NCBI GenBank assembly: GCA_001819495.1
Contig: MHMW01000018.1
Span: 3,322 to 67,321, forward strand
Length of the DNA: 64,000 nucleotides
Direction: 5' to 3'
Source: Candidatus Portnoybacteria bacterium RBG_19FT_COMBO_36_7
GTDB taxonomy: Bacteria > Patescibacteriota > Minisyncoccia > Portnoybacterales > GWB1-42-6
In this document: positions 50,975 to 60,198 of the stretch, piece after piece
How the letters are laid out: every line of letters begins with the position of its first letter
Position numbering within the stretch: position 1 is the first letter of the stretch
The notes under the pieces: generated by a model
What the model was told of the DNA's origin: nothing
The model's input: only the letters and a program-made list of their open reading frames with translations
The model's database searches: none
Made by a program: the position numbers and the translations under genes

Positions 50975-51215
50975 ACAAATTAACTGCCAGAGAACAAATG
51001 AACTAATAAGCAGTTTTGCGTCATGCTCGGGACAAAATACATGATCCGCAACACGAACAGTGGGTCGCGTGAGGAAATAACCAGCGCATCTTGCATCACC
51101 TCCTTTCTAGCCGGGGATGGAAATCTTTGTGCCATACTTCATTATAGCCTGTCAAAATTAAGGCTAATTGATATGTAGACATCAGGAACATGTTTTCCAC
51201 CCCCTCATTATTAAA

Positions 51216-51346
51216 GGGATGAGAGTGGATATCAGCTCTTCGTTGCAATATCTCAGCGTCCCAATCAAGGATTTTGAGTCCCCTGCTCTCACCTATAGAT
51301 CTGCCTTGATATCAATCTAGAAGATACACCCCTATCATCTCATCCC
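51216..51346. ncRNA. Candidate long-hairpin ncRNA (6S-like shape)
   Basis: gggatgaga/tctcatccc closing stem, with inner cttc/gaag and atcaagg/ccttgat pairings; no ORF. Confidence 0.35.
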
Positions 51347-51354
51347 CGCCTTTC

Positions 51355-51825
51355 TTAAAACATTTTTTCCTGTTTTTTGTCCAGCGCCTCATTAACCAAT
51401 CTATCTGCTTCTTTGTTTTCTTCTCTGGAAATAGCTTTGAATTTGATTGTACCAAAATCCAGCATTAAGTTCCAGACTTTCAAAAACAACTTCTGGATGT
51501 TTGGCTCTTCGATTTTGTATTCGTGGTTAAGTTGATTGGCGACGAGCTCCGAATCAAGGCGAATTTCGATATTAGATTTTTTTGCCTCTTCTTTGCCAAA
51601 AAGCGCCTTAAATTTTTTGAGCGCAAAAATCACCGCCTGATATTCGGCTTCGTTATTGGTTGCCTCGCCAATGGCTTCGGAATATTTTTTTATCGGCTCG
51701 CTTGCCTCGCCGAAGCCCTCAGTAGCGGACGAAGGCGGGCCTTTTTCGTTAATAATAACTACTCCGATTGCTGAAGGCCCAGGGTTGCCCCTGGAACCAC
51801 CATCTGTGTAAATTATATGCTTCAT
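51355..51825 (-). CDS. rnhA: Ribonuclease HI (with a short in-frame insert)
   Basis: YTDGGSRGNPG, TNNEAEY, DSELV and NKEAD. Confidence 0.9.
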   Translation of the reverse strand: MKHIIYTDGGSRGNPGPSAIGVVIINEKGPPSSATEGFGEASEPIKKYSEAIGEATNNEAEYQAVIFALKKFKALFGKEEAKKSNIEIRLDSELVANQLNHEYKIEEPNIQKLFLKVWNLMLDFGTIKFKAISREENKEADRLVNEALDKKQEKMF

Positions 51826-53579
51826 AGTTTTTTTATATCAGTTATTTTTAACTGCAATTCCCTGCTCCCGTTCCATTCGTCTATTATCAACTCAAACACT
51901 ATATCAATTTTATCGCCGATTTTCAAATCCTGATTGCCATTTTTGGCTAATCTAAAACCAATAGCTTTGAATATTTTATTAGAAAGTTTATCGCTTTTTA
52001 ATTCTAATTTTAAATGCTGGGAACCGTTGCCAACCTGACGCAGATTAACAATTTCAAGCTGTTTTATTAAAAAATTCGGCCGCGGATTGGTTTCTCTGTC
52101 GTATGGTTCAAAACAGGCCATCTCGTCAAAAAATTCCCAGACGATATTTTCCGGCTCAATTTCGGCGTCTATTTCTATAAAAGGCACCAGATCTTCATCC
52201 TTTAATTTTTTTCTGGCAATCTGATTGATTTTTTCCTTAAAATCACCGAATTTATTATTTTTCAGCGCCAAACCGGCTGCGCCAGGATGACCGCCAAATT
52301 CTTTCATCAATTGGCCGCACTGCCCAATTGCTTCAATGATATTAAAACACGGAATACTGCGGGCTGAACCGCGAACTTCTCCTTCGTTTTCTTTAAAAAT
52401 AATGGTCGGCCGGTGATAACGGTCGCAAATTTTACCAGCCACCAAACCAATTACGCCCGGCGACCATTTTTTGTCGCTTTCAATAATGATAGGGTCTAAT
52501 TTATTTTCAATATTCGGTTTTATTCTCGTTTCAATTTCCCGAACTATTTCATCTGTTAATTTTTGGCGCAGTTTATTTTGATCATTTATTTTTTCTGCCA
52601 AAGACCTGGCTTCGTCTCTCGTCTTGGCTAACAAAAGCTCCATCGCCAAACTCGCATGCTTCATTCTTCCTGCCGCATTTAAGCGCGGCGCCAAAATAAA
52701 ACCGAGCGAATAAGTATCAAGGTTGGTCGTCATTGTGTCGGTTTCAAAAACGGGATTCAGTTTAGCGATTTTCATTAATTCCTGCAGGCCAATTCTTTTT
52801 GTTTGAGCAAGCACGATTAAACCATATTTTACCAAAGTCCGATTTTCACCAAGCAAAGGCACACAGTCGGCCACCGTGGCTATCGCCACCAAATCCAACA
52901 GCCATTTTTCCCAGCCTTCTGGAATTGACGATTTGCGATTTGTGATTTGCGATTTGCTAAGCAGTGCTTGCGCTAATTTAAATGCCACTCCGGCGCCGGC
53001 TAATTCCTTAAAAGGGTACCTGTCTTTTTTTTGCCAGGGATCAATAATGATTTTAGACGGAGGCATTTTTTTTCCAATCTGATGATGATCCACAACTATT
53101 ACCTCAACCCCCAGCAAATTGGCTAATTCAATTTCCTTTATATCAGAAATACCACAATCGACTGTCAAAATCAGCATGACTTTCTGTTCGGCTATTTTTT
53201 TAATTGCCTCGGTGTTTAATCCATAGCCTTCAATGATTCTGTCCGGAATATAGACCCCGCCGGATAAATCAGCGCCCAGTTCTTCCAAAATGCTTTTTAA
53301 AATTATTGCTCCGCAGACACCATCGGCATCGTAATCACCAAAAATCGCAATTTTTTCCTTTTTTTCAATTGCTTCATAAATTCTTTTAACCGCTTCTTTG
53401 ACTCCCAACATTAAAAAAGGATCGTGCAGATCCTCTCCATAATCCGGATTAAAAAATTCATCAATCACCTTTTGGGTCTTTAACCCCCGGTTATACAAAA
53501 GCTGTAAAATCAAAGGGCTGTATTCTGGAAATTTTTTAATGAATTCATCCGGCACTTTATCCTTGATCTTCCAAATCAT
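51822..53579 (-). CDS. recJ: Single-stranded DNA exonuclease RecJ
   Basis: GDYDADG, TVDCG, DHH, PRLNAAGR, RGSARS and FGGH. Confidence 0.94.
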   Translation of the reverse strand: MIWKIKDKVPDEFIKKFPEYSPLILQLLYNRGLKTQKVIDEFFNPDYGEDLHDPFLMLGVKEAVKRIYEAIEKKEKIAIFGDYDADGVCGAIILKSILEELGADLSGGVYIPDRIIEGYGLNTEAIKKIAEQKVMLILTVDCGISDIKEIELANLLGVEVIVVDHHQIGKKMPPSKIIIDPWQKKDRYPFKELAGAGVAFKLAQALLSKSQITNRKSSIPEGWEKWLLDLVAIATVADCVPLLGENRTLVKYGLIVLAQTKRIGLQELMKIAKLNPVFETDTMTTNLDTYSLGFILAPRLNAAGRMKHASLAMELLLAKTRDEARSLAEKINDQNKLRQKLTDEIVREIETRIKPNIENKLDPIIIESDKKWSPGVIGLVAGKICDRYHRPTIIFKENEGEVRGSARSIPCFNIIEAIGQCGQLMKEFGGHPGAAGLALKNNKFGDFKEKINQIARKKLKDEDLVPFIEIDAEIEPENIVWEFFDEMACFEPYDRETNPRPNFLIKQLEIVNLRQVGNGSQHLKLELKSDKLSNKIFKAIGFRLAKNGNQDLKIGDKIDIVFELIIDEWNGSRELQLKITDIKKL

Positions 53580-53665
53580 ATAAGTTCAAAATGTAAATCT
53601 CAAAATGAAAACTTAAAATTATTTAAATCCCGCGGGGCGGGATACCTAAATTTTACATTTTTAAA

Positions 53666-54832
53666 CTAATTAAGGGCTTCTATTCCCGGCAATTTATCTC
53701 CTGCCAGAAATTCCAGCATGGCACCTCCCCCCGTGCTAACATGCGAAAAATTATCAATTAGACCGAATTTTTCAACAAAACAAGTCGTTTCACCCCCTCC
53801 GATAATCGAAAAACAGGTAGGGCAATTTGAAATCGAATGAGCCATTGCTTCAGTTCCGTGGCTAAACTTATCAACTTCAAAATATCCCATCGGACCGTTC
53901 CAGATAACCATTTTCGAAGCCCGAATCACCGAATCAAAAACCTTTTCAGTTTCCGGCCCGATATCCAGAATTAGTTCGCCCTCGCCGGTTCTGCCAACCG
54001 GATCGATTTTAATTTCGGCTTGGCCGGTCTTGTCTGCACTCGCCACCACATCAACAGGAATATGCAATTTAGTATCTGTCAGCTTTAATTTTTTTAAATC
54101 CGGAATTACTTCTTCTTCTATTAAAGACTTTCCAACGGCAATTCCCTGAGCGTGAAGAACGGTATTGGCCAGCGCTCCCCCAAGAATTATATGGTCTGCC
54201 TTTTTTAAATATTCCTCAATCAGCTTCATCTTGGTTGAAATTTTTGCGCCGCCGATGACGACTGTCAGGGGCCGCTCCGGATTTTCCAAAACCTTTGAAA
54301 GAGCCTCAAATTCTTTTTGTAAAAGCAACCCTGCAAATGACGGTAAATATCTTGTTACGCTGACAATTGAAGCATGGACTCTGTGCGAAGCGCCGAATGC
54401 ATCATTGACATAGACTTCTGCGAGTCCTGATAATTTTTTGGCGAAATCATCGCTATTTGCTTCTTCTTCGGGATGGAATCGTAAATTTTCCAGCAATAAA
54501 ATTTCATCGTTTTTCAGCTGATTGACTAATTTTTCTACTTCCGGACCGATACAATCCGGGGCCATTTTTATCTCTATGCCAAGCAGTTCACCCAGTCTTT
54601 TCTGCACCGGTGACAACCGCATTTCTCCAACCACTTTTCCTTCGGGCCGGGCGAAATGCGAGGACAAAATAATCTTTGTTTTCTGTTCCAATAAATATTT
54701 TATCGTCGGGAGGCTCGCCCGAATCCTATAATCATCCAGAATTTTGCCGCTGTCATCAATCGTGATATTGAAATCATTCCTAACCAGAACTTTTTTACCT
54801 GCTAAATTGCCTGCTTCGCTAATTGTTCTCAT
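53666..54832 (-). CDS. pgk: Phosphoglycerate kinase
   Basis: RNDFN, LLENLRF, NDAFG, WNGPMG and HVSTGGGA. Confidence 0.95.
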   Translation of the reverse strand: MRTISEAGNLAGKKVLVRNDFNITIDDSGKILDDYRIRASLPTIKYLLEQKTKIILSSHFARPEGKVVGEMRLSPVQKRLGELLGIEIKMAPDCIGPEVEKLVNQLKNDEILLLENLRFHPEEEANSDDFAKKLSGLAEVYVNDAFGASHRVHASIVSVTRYLPSFAGLLLQKEFEALSKVLENPERPLTVVIGGAKISTKMKLIEEYLKKADHIILGGALANTVLHAQGIAVGKSLIEEEVIPDLKKLKLTDTKLHIPVDVVASADKTGQAEIKIDPVGRTGEGELILDIGPETEKVFDSVIRASKMVIWNGPMGYFEVDKFSHGTEAMAHSISNCPTCFSIIGGGETTCFVEKFGLIDNFSHVSTGGGAMLEFLAGDKLPGIEALN

Positions 54833-55581
54833 GTTAAATCATTTAAACTATTGGCTATTTTTGAAAATTCTTGACCGTCTAAACTGGCACCGCCCACAAG
54901 CACCCCCTGTAAGCGCGCTTCCTTGACGTAGCTGGCCGCGTTTTGGGCGTCAACACTGCCGCCATAAAGAATACGGATTTTTTCCGCCAAAAAGCGGCTA
55001 TAGAGAACAGAAAGGGTTTTTTTAACAAAAAGACTGGCGCTCAACGCGTCATCAGGCAAACACGGCTTACCAGAACCAACTATTCCTGAACTTATAGCCC
55101 AAACCGGCTCATAAACCAGAATAATATCTTCTATCTGGTTCTTGGCGACATCCTTCAGGCATTTTTCCAGCTGAGCGGAAAGAACATGGCCCATTTCTTC
55201 GCCCTCTCGCTCGCCTAAGCAAAGAATCGGTGTCAAGCCGCATTTCAAAGCCATTTTTAATTTGCCGTTAATTATTTCATCTGATTCGCCTGCGTACTCC
55301 CGGAGTTCCGAATGACCTAAAATAACATAATCACAGCCGAGGTCTTTTAACATTTTTCCGGAAACTTGGCCGGTATAAGGCCCCTGCGCTTCCCAAAACA
55401 TATTCTGACCGCCAAGCTTAATACTTTTTGGCGAGCCAAATACTGAAAGAAAAGGAAAAGGCGGACAGATTATTGTCTCAACGTTCTTTAACCTGCCCAA
55501 ATCAACAATCATGTCAAATAAATGCCTGGCCTCCCGCGAGGTCTGCGGATTCATCTTCCAGTTAGCGACAAGAAATGTCAT
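54829..55581 (-). CDS. tpiA: Triosephosphate isomerase
   Basis: ANWKM, GHSE, YEPVWAI, YGGSV and LVGGASL. Confidence 0.94.
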   Translation of the reverse strand: MTFLVANWKMNPQTSREARHLFDMIVDLGRLKNVETIICPPFPFLSVFGSPKSIKLGGQNMFWEAQGPYTGQVSGKMLKDLGCDYVILGHSELREYAGESDEIINGKLKMALKCGLTPILCLGEREGEEMGHVLSAQLEKCLKDVAKNQIEDIILVYEPVWAISSGIVGSGKPCLPDDALSASLFVKKTLSVLYSRFLAEKIRILYGGSVDAQNAASYVKEARLQGVLVGGASLDGQEFSKIANSLNDLT

Positions 55582-55620
55582 GAATTATTTTGTGCTGATA
55601 AGATTATATTTGAATAAATA

Positions 55621-56109
55621 TTACATAAAAGGCAATTTAAGCACTCCTAATGTTATAGCACCGACAATCAGCCCAGCTATCAAAACGCCGACAATAATTG
55701 AAGGAATGGCTTGTTTTGGGGGAATTCCAAAAACAAAAGCTGCTACTGCGCCCGACCAGGCGCCGGTCAGCGGCAAAGGAATCGCCACAAATATTGCCAA
55801 TGCCAATGGACCCCAGATCTCAAAATGTCTAGAATGGCGATTTCTTGTTCTCTCGAAAAGCCAGGCAAAAAAACGATTAAACCAGTAATTGCGGTGACTA
55901 AGATATTGGGTGATTTTGTCCAGAAAAAAAACAAAAAAGATAGGCGGTATAAGGTTCCCGATGAATGACCATAAAAAAGCTGGCCAAAAAGACAAACCAA
56001 AATTCGTCAGAGCAATCGGCAGCGCCCCCCTAATCTCAAAGACGGGAAGCATTGCGATAAAGAATGTTTTAATTTCGGCAATGCTTATTTTTAAAAGGAG
56101 AACTTGCAT
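55621..56109 (-). CDS. Putative small multidrug export family membrane protein
   Basis: MLPVFEIRGALP and FVAIPLPLTGAWSG motifs; start uncertain. Confidence 0.8.
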   Translation of the reverse strand: MQVLLLKISIAEIKTFFIAMLPVFEIRGALPIALTNFGLSFWPAFLWSFIGNLIPPIFFVFFLDKITQYLSHRNYWFNRFFAWLFERTRNRHSRHFEIWGPLALAIFVAIPLPLTGAWSGAVAAFVFGIPPKQAIPSIIVGVLIAGLIVGAITLGVLKLPFM

Positions 56110-57120
56110 TTATTCAATTCTTCTTAAGTATTCGGCTGCTTTCTCCGGCTCAATAGTTGAAATTTGGATACCTGTTCCCAGCTCAAACCCCGCCCAGACA
56201 GAAGTTTTTGGCAGAATTTCAAAATGCCAATGATAATGATCGTAGTTCTTCCCGTCGCAGGGAGAAGTGTGAATAAAAAAATTATAAGCAGGATCAACTA
56301 ATCCTTTGCAAATCTTATTTAACGCCACCTGCAGGGCTTCTGCCAGTTTTTCTTTCTCGTCTTCCTTTATTCTTTCAAAATAAGCTTTGTGTTCTTTTGG
56401 ATAAATTCTAGTTTCAAAAGCAACTTTTGCCGCAAAGGGCGAGACGACCACAAACTTATCATTTTCAAAAATAATCCTTATTTTCTCTTCCAATTCCCAC
56501 TCAAGCATGGCGCAATGGACGCAGGAGCCATGGTTTTCAAAAAAAATGCGCGAGCCGTCAAGACTACGCCGTAAATCCGGATCTATCACAGGCATCGCAA
56601 TAATCTGGGAGTGAGGATGAACCATCGAGGCGCCCGCTTCTTTGCCGTTGTTATGAAAAATTGAGACATAATTAATATGTTTTTCATTCATCATTTCAAG
56701 GTATCTTTCCTGATAGGCATCTATAACTAGCTTAACTTTTTGGGCCGAAAATTGCGCCATATTCTGGCGGTGATCGCGCGTCACCACCACTTCATGGAAG
56801 CCGAGCCCATCCATTACCTGATAAGGCCCGACAGCCCGTTCATGAAGCTGATTGCCTTCGGAGAATGCCGGATATTTATTAGGGAAAACCACCACCTCCC
56901 ATTTTTCTTTATCGTCAGGATAAATATAAACCGGCGGCGCTTGAGTTTCTATATGACAGAAAGGGCAATCTTTTTCTAAACCTTCTTCTTTGGCGCGGCC
57001 GTTATTTTTGAAAGTTTCCGGCTTTCTCGCCCGGCCCGTGGCAATGACCACCCAGTCTTTGGAAACCAAATCAAATCTCAGCTCCGAAGATGGTTTTTTA
57101 TTATTCTGATTATTCTCCAT
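56110..57120 (-). CDS. galT: Galactose-1-phosphate uridylyltransferase family protein
   Basis: CPFC, NKYPA, GASMVHPHSQ and HYHWH. Confidence 0.88.
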   Translation of the reverse strand: MENNQNNKKPSSELRFDLVSKDWVVIATGRARKPETFKNNGRAKEEGLEKDCPFCHIETQAPPVYIYPDDKEKWEVVVFPNKYPAFSEGNQLHERAVGPYQVMDGLGFHEVVVTRDHRQNMAQFSAQKVKLVIDAYQERYLEMMNEKHINYVSIFHNNGKEAGASMVHPHSQIIAMPVIDPDLRRSLDGSRIFFENHGSCVHCAMLEWELEEKIRIIFENDKFVVVSPFAAKVAFETRIYPKEHKAYFERIKEDEKEKLAEALQVALNKICKGLVDPAYNFFIHTSPCDGKNYDHYHWHFEILPKTSVWAGFELGTGIQISTIEPEKAAEYLRRIE

Positions 57121-57122
57121 AA

Positions 57123-57920
57123 TTAAACAATTTTTTTATTTTGATGCTGCTCAACTTTGGGTTCATTTGATTCAGCGGATTTGGGCGATCTTAAATGATA
57201 TTTATCCGTCAGCAAATTCATCTTAATCTGAAAAAGTTCAACAAATGTTTTAAGATAGCTTTTTAAATTGACCGTGCTGCTCGAGTCATTTATCCAATAA
57301 ATCGGAATCTTGGCGATCTTATAACCAAGACGTTTAGCCACGGCCAAAACTTCAATATCAAAACCGAAACGATCGATCAAGCCCCGCGAAAAAATTTCTT
57401 TGGCCGCTTTGGCTGAAAAAGCCTTAAAGCCGCATTGGGTGTCCCAAATACCCCAAACAGCGAGAATCTGAATTAAAATATTGCCAATATCGCCCAATGC
57501 CCTTTTAAGAAATGACTGCGGAACTGCTTGTTTGGCATCTTTGTGGTCTCTTGAATCCCGCGTCCCTATCACAACGTCATACCCTTCTTTAAAATATGGC
57601 CAGGCTTTTTCTATGTGATCAATGGTCGTCGCATTATCGTCGTCCATAAAAACCCTGTAATCTCCCTGGGCTTCCAGCATTCCCTTCCGCACCACCCAGC
57701 CCTTGCCGTGATTCTCTTTGTTGTCGATCAGACGCAGATTATGGATCATTTGCTCAAAACTAGCGACCACTTCCGCTGTTTTGTCCGGAGAGCCATCGTT
57801 GACAACCAGGATCTCGTAATCATAATGCTGTTTTGTTAAATAATGATCAACTGCCAAAAGAGTCTTTGAAATTCTTTTTTCTCCCTTATAAGAAGGGATG
57901 ATAACTGATAAATAAAGCAT
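57123..57920 (-). CDS. GT2 polyprenyl-phosphate glycosyltransferase
   Basis: SVIIP, VNDGSPD, DTQCGFK and FGFDIE. Confidence 0.88.
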   Translation of the reverse strand: MLYLSVIIPSYKGEKRISKTLLAVDHYLTKQHYDYEILVVNDGSPDKTAEVVASFEQMIHNLRLIDNKENHGKGWVVRKGMLEAQGDYRVFMDDDNATTIDHIEKAWPYFKEGYDVVIGTRDSRDHKDAKQAVPQSFLKRALGDIGNILIQILAVWGIWDTQCGFKAFSAKAAKEIFSRGLIDRFGFDIEVLAVAKRLGYKIAKIPIYWINDSSSTVNLKSYLKTFVELFQIKMNLLTDKYHLRSPKSAESNEPKVEQHQNKKIV

Positions 57921-58136
57921 GACTTAAAATTTTCAATTACCAATTTCCAATAAACGCCTGCCTCTGGCAGGCGAGGATATAAAAAATCAGCAATCTAAAA
58001 TTGGTTATAGCTCTATAATATCACACTTCTCTTTACTTTCCCAACAAAAAAATCCACAGGCAGCCCTCTTTGACAATTGAAGACTTTGCTAATTTATGTT
58101 ATTTTTAATAGTAGTTTTTTAAAAACTTAGAAAGGG

Positions 58137-58448
58137 GTGATTCTTATGAACATAGCCGTTGTTTTTATTTCGCCGGATGAAAAAGATTATTATGAATATC
58201 TTAAGAGCTTTGAAATTAACAATCTGATAATATTGCAAATTGGTTTATCTCAAATTTTTAAGGAACTCGGCACGGCTTACAGTATCGTTGATAAGATTAG
58301 CGGCGCTTTTGTCGCCAGGCAATTTTTTGACGATACCCAAAGAATAGAAAATTTAATCATCTGCGGCCCGCTTAAATTATTGAATGATTGCAAAAAACTT
58401 TTTTTTGGCATGGCGGGTAAAACTCATTTTTTCCCCGAAAAAAAATAG
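58137..58448 (+). CDS. Hypothetical protein
   Basis: About 100-aa ORF with SD (AAGGGG) and a terminator-like hairpin at 58448-58480. Confidence 0.5.
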   Translation: MILMNIAVVFISPDEKDYYEYLKSFEINNLIILQIGLSQIFKELGTAYSIVDKISGAFVARQFFDDTQRIENLIICGPLKLLNDCKKLFFGMAGKTHFFPEKK

Positions 58449-58535
58449 CCCATCCGGATAAAAATCCGATTGGGCTTTTAATTTAAAAGTTAACTACAGT
58501 ATTTAGAAATTCAATACTTTAACTCTATAATATAA

Positions 58536-59336
58536 TTAAGTTTTTGTTAAAACATCGCACCCTTCTTTCGTCACCGCCACTGTATGTTCAAAATGAGCGG
58601 ACAGCGATTTATCGCTGGTCTCATAGGCAAAACCATCTTTACTTTGTTTTATTTTATAACCGCCGGCTGCTATCATCGGTTCGATTGCCAGAGTCATGCC
58701 TTCTTTTAAAATAGGGCCTTGACCCGGACGGCCGAAATTTGGCACTTCAGGGTCTTCGTGCAATTTTTCTCCCACGCCGTGGCCGACCAGATCTCTGATA
58801 ACCGAAAATCTCTGGCTTTCAACATATTTTTGGACGGTAAAACTGACATCTCCAAGATGCACACCAGGTTTTATTTTTCCAATTGCGATTTCCAGTGATT
58901 TTTTTGCCGTTTCAATCAATTTTTTGGCTTGCGGCGAAACTTTACCGACTGCCACCGTCAGGGCCGCGTCAGTAAAAAATGGTTTGTTTTCCGGATTACA
59001 AGTGCCTCCCATTGGACAAGAATGGCATTTTCCGACCGGATACAGAATTCCCAGATCCAAACCGATAATATCACTCTCTTTCAGTTTTCTGCCCGATGGC
59101 GCGCCGTGTACTACCTCTTCATTGATTGAAGTACACAGCGCCGCGGGAAACCCCTGATATCCCAAAAACGCGGGCTTGGCGCCGCAAGAAAAAACAAGGT
59201 CTTGCGCGACCTTGTCCAGCTCTATGGTTGTGGCGCCTGGCTTAACTCTTTTTGCTACTTCTTCAAGAATTTTTGCCAGCAGCCAGCCGCCTTCTTTCAT
59301 TATTTGGATTTCCTGAGGCGTTTTTATTATAATCAT
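58536..59336 (-). CDS. map: Methionine aminopeptidase type I (with Cys-rich insert)
   Basis: SINEEVVHG, GHGVG..LHE, AIEPM and SAHFEHT; follows adk. Confidence 0.94.
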   Translation of the reverse strand: MIIIKTPQEIQIMKEGGWLLAKILEEVAKRVKPGATTIELDKVAQDLVFSCGAKPAFLGYQGFPAALCTSINEEVVHGAPSGRKLKESDIIGLDLGILYPVGKCHSCPMGGTCNPENKPFFTDAALTVAVGKVSPQAKKLIETAKKSLEIAIGKIKPGVHLGDVSFTVQKYVESQRFSVIRDLVGHGVGEKLHEDPEVPNFGRPGQGPILKEGMTLAIEPMIAAGGYKIKQSKDGFAYETSDKSLSAHFEHTVAVTKEGCDVLTKT

Positions 59337-59341
59337 TTATT

Positions 59342-60010
59342 TTATTTCAAAATTCTCAGTATATTCTCATGCACTTCTTCGATCGGCCTGTTGCCGTCAA
59401 TTTTTATCAATAATCCGTTTTTCTCATAATGATCAATCACCAGCTGAATTTCCGTCTCAAAAACATCAAGCCGATGGCGGACAACTTCAGGATCATCATC
59501 AGCTCTTTTTACCAGAGTACCGCCACATTTATTACATTCGGTCATCTGTTTAAAATATCCAAAATAAGGAATTATCTGGCCGCATTTTTCACACATCCGC
59601 CGCTGGGTTAATCTGGCATAAGATTCTTCAGCCGAAATATCAATCAGAATAACTTTTGTAAATTCCAGCAAGTCGTACCATGCCAAAGCATCCTCCATCA
59701 AGCGCGCTTCAAGAATTTTTCTGGGATTTCCGTCAAAAACTGCACCTTTAAAATCCGGCTTATTTTTCATTACGTCAATCTTGTCAAGCCATAATTTAAA
59801 AATCAAAAAAGTCGGCACTAAATCTCCTCTGTCTAAAATTGCTTTCAGTTTAGAAGAACTGAAATCGTGATTCTCTTTCGCCATCTCGCGCAGCAAATCA
59901 CCGCTGCCGATATATTCCAAGCCAAATTTTTCCCTCAACAATTTTGCCTGAGTTCCTTTGCCGCAACCGGGCCGGCCTAAAATTATGGTGACAAGTGGAT
60001 TCTGGTTCAA
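59342..60010 (-). CDS. adk: Adenylate kinase (zinc-lid type)
   Basis: GRPGCGKGTQ, DGNPR and two CxxC in the lid; TTG start uncertain. Confidence 0.92.
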   Translation of the reverse strand: MNQNPLVTIILGRPGCGKGTQAKLLREKFGLEYIGSGDLLREMAKENHDFSSSKLKAILDRGDLVPTFLIFKLWLDKIDVMKNKPDFKGAVFDGNPRKILEARLMEDALAWYDLLEFTKVILIDISAEESYARLTQRRMCEKCGQIIPYFGYFKQMTECNKCGGTLVKRADDDPEVVRHRLDVFETEIQLVIDHYEKNGLLIKIDGNRPIEEVHENILRILK

Positions 60011-60028
60011 TTTCTAATTTCTAATTTC

Positions 60029-60136
60029 CCCGCCTGCCAAAGCCAATAGAAATTACTTGATATTGTCAATCGAAGACGGTTAAATTTATTAAATTATTTA
60101 ATTTGTATCTGCTCGCTTTGGCTATTGGCGGGCAGG
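60029..60136. mobile_element. 108-bp MITE-like cassette (family C)
   Basis: cccgcctgccaaagccaat...tttggctattggcgggcagg flanked by TAATTTC on both sides. Confidence 0.75.
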
Positions 60137-60198
60137 TAATTTCTAATCCAGTGCCACAAAACGGCACTTTATTGAAAATTGAAAATTGAAAATTTTAT

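Noticed and set aside
51021-51023. TGA as selenocysteine or recoded Gly in the Cys-rich mini-ORF
   Set aside because: No evident SECIS; TGA acts as a stop in other genes here (htrA, iscU, lepA) and RF2 is present.
51095-51108. ATCACCTCCTTTCT as a 16S rRNA 3' end
   Set aside because: The upstream sequence lacks the conserved 16S terminal helices; it is simply the complement of a strong SD.
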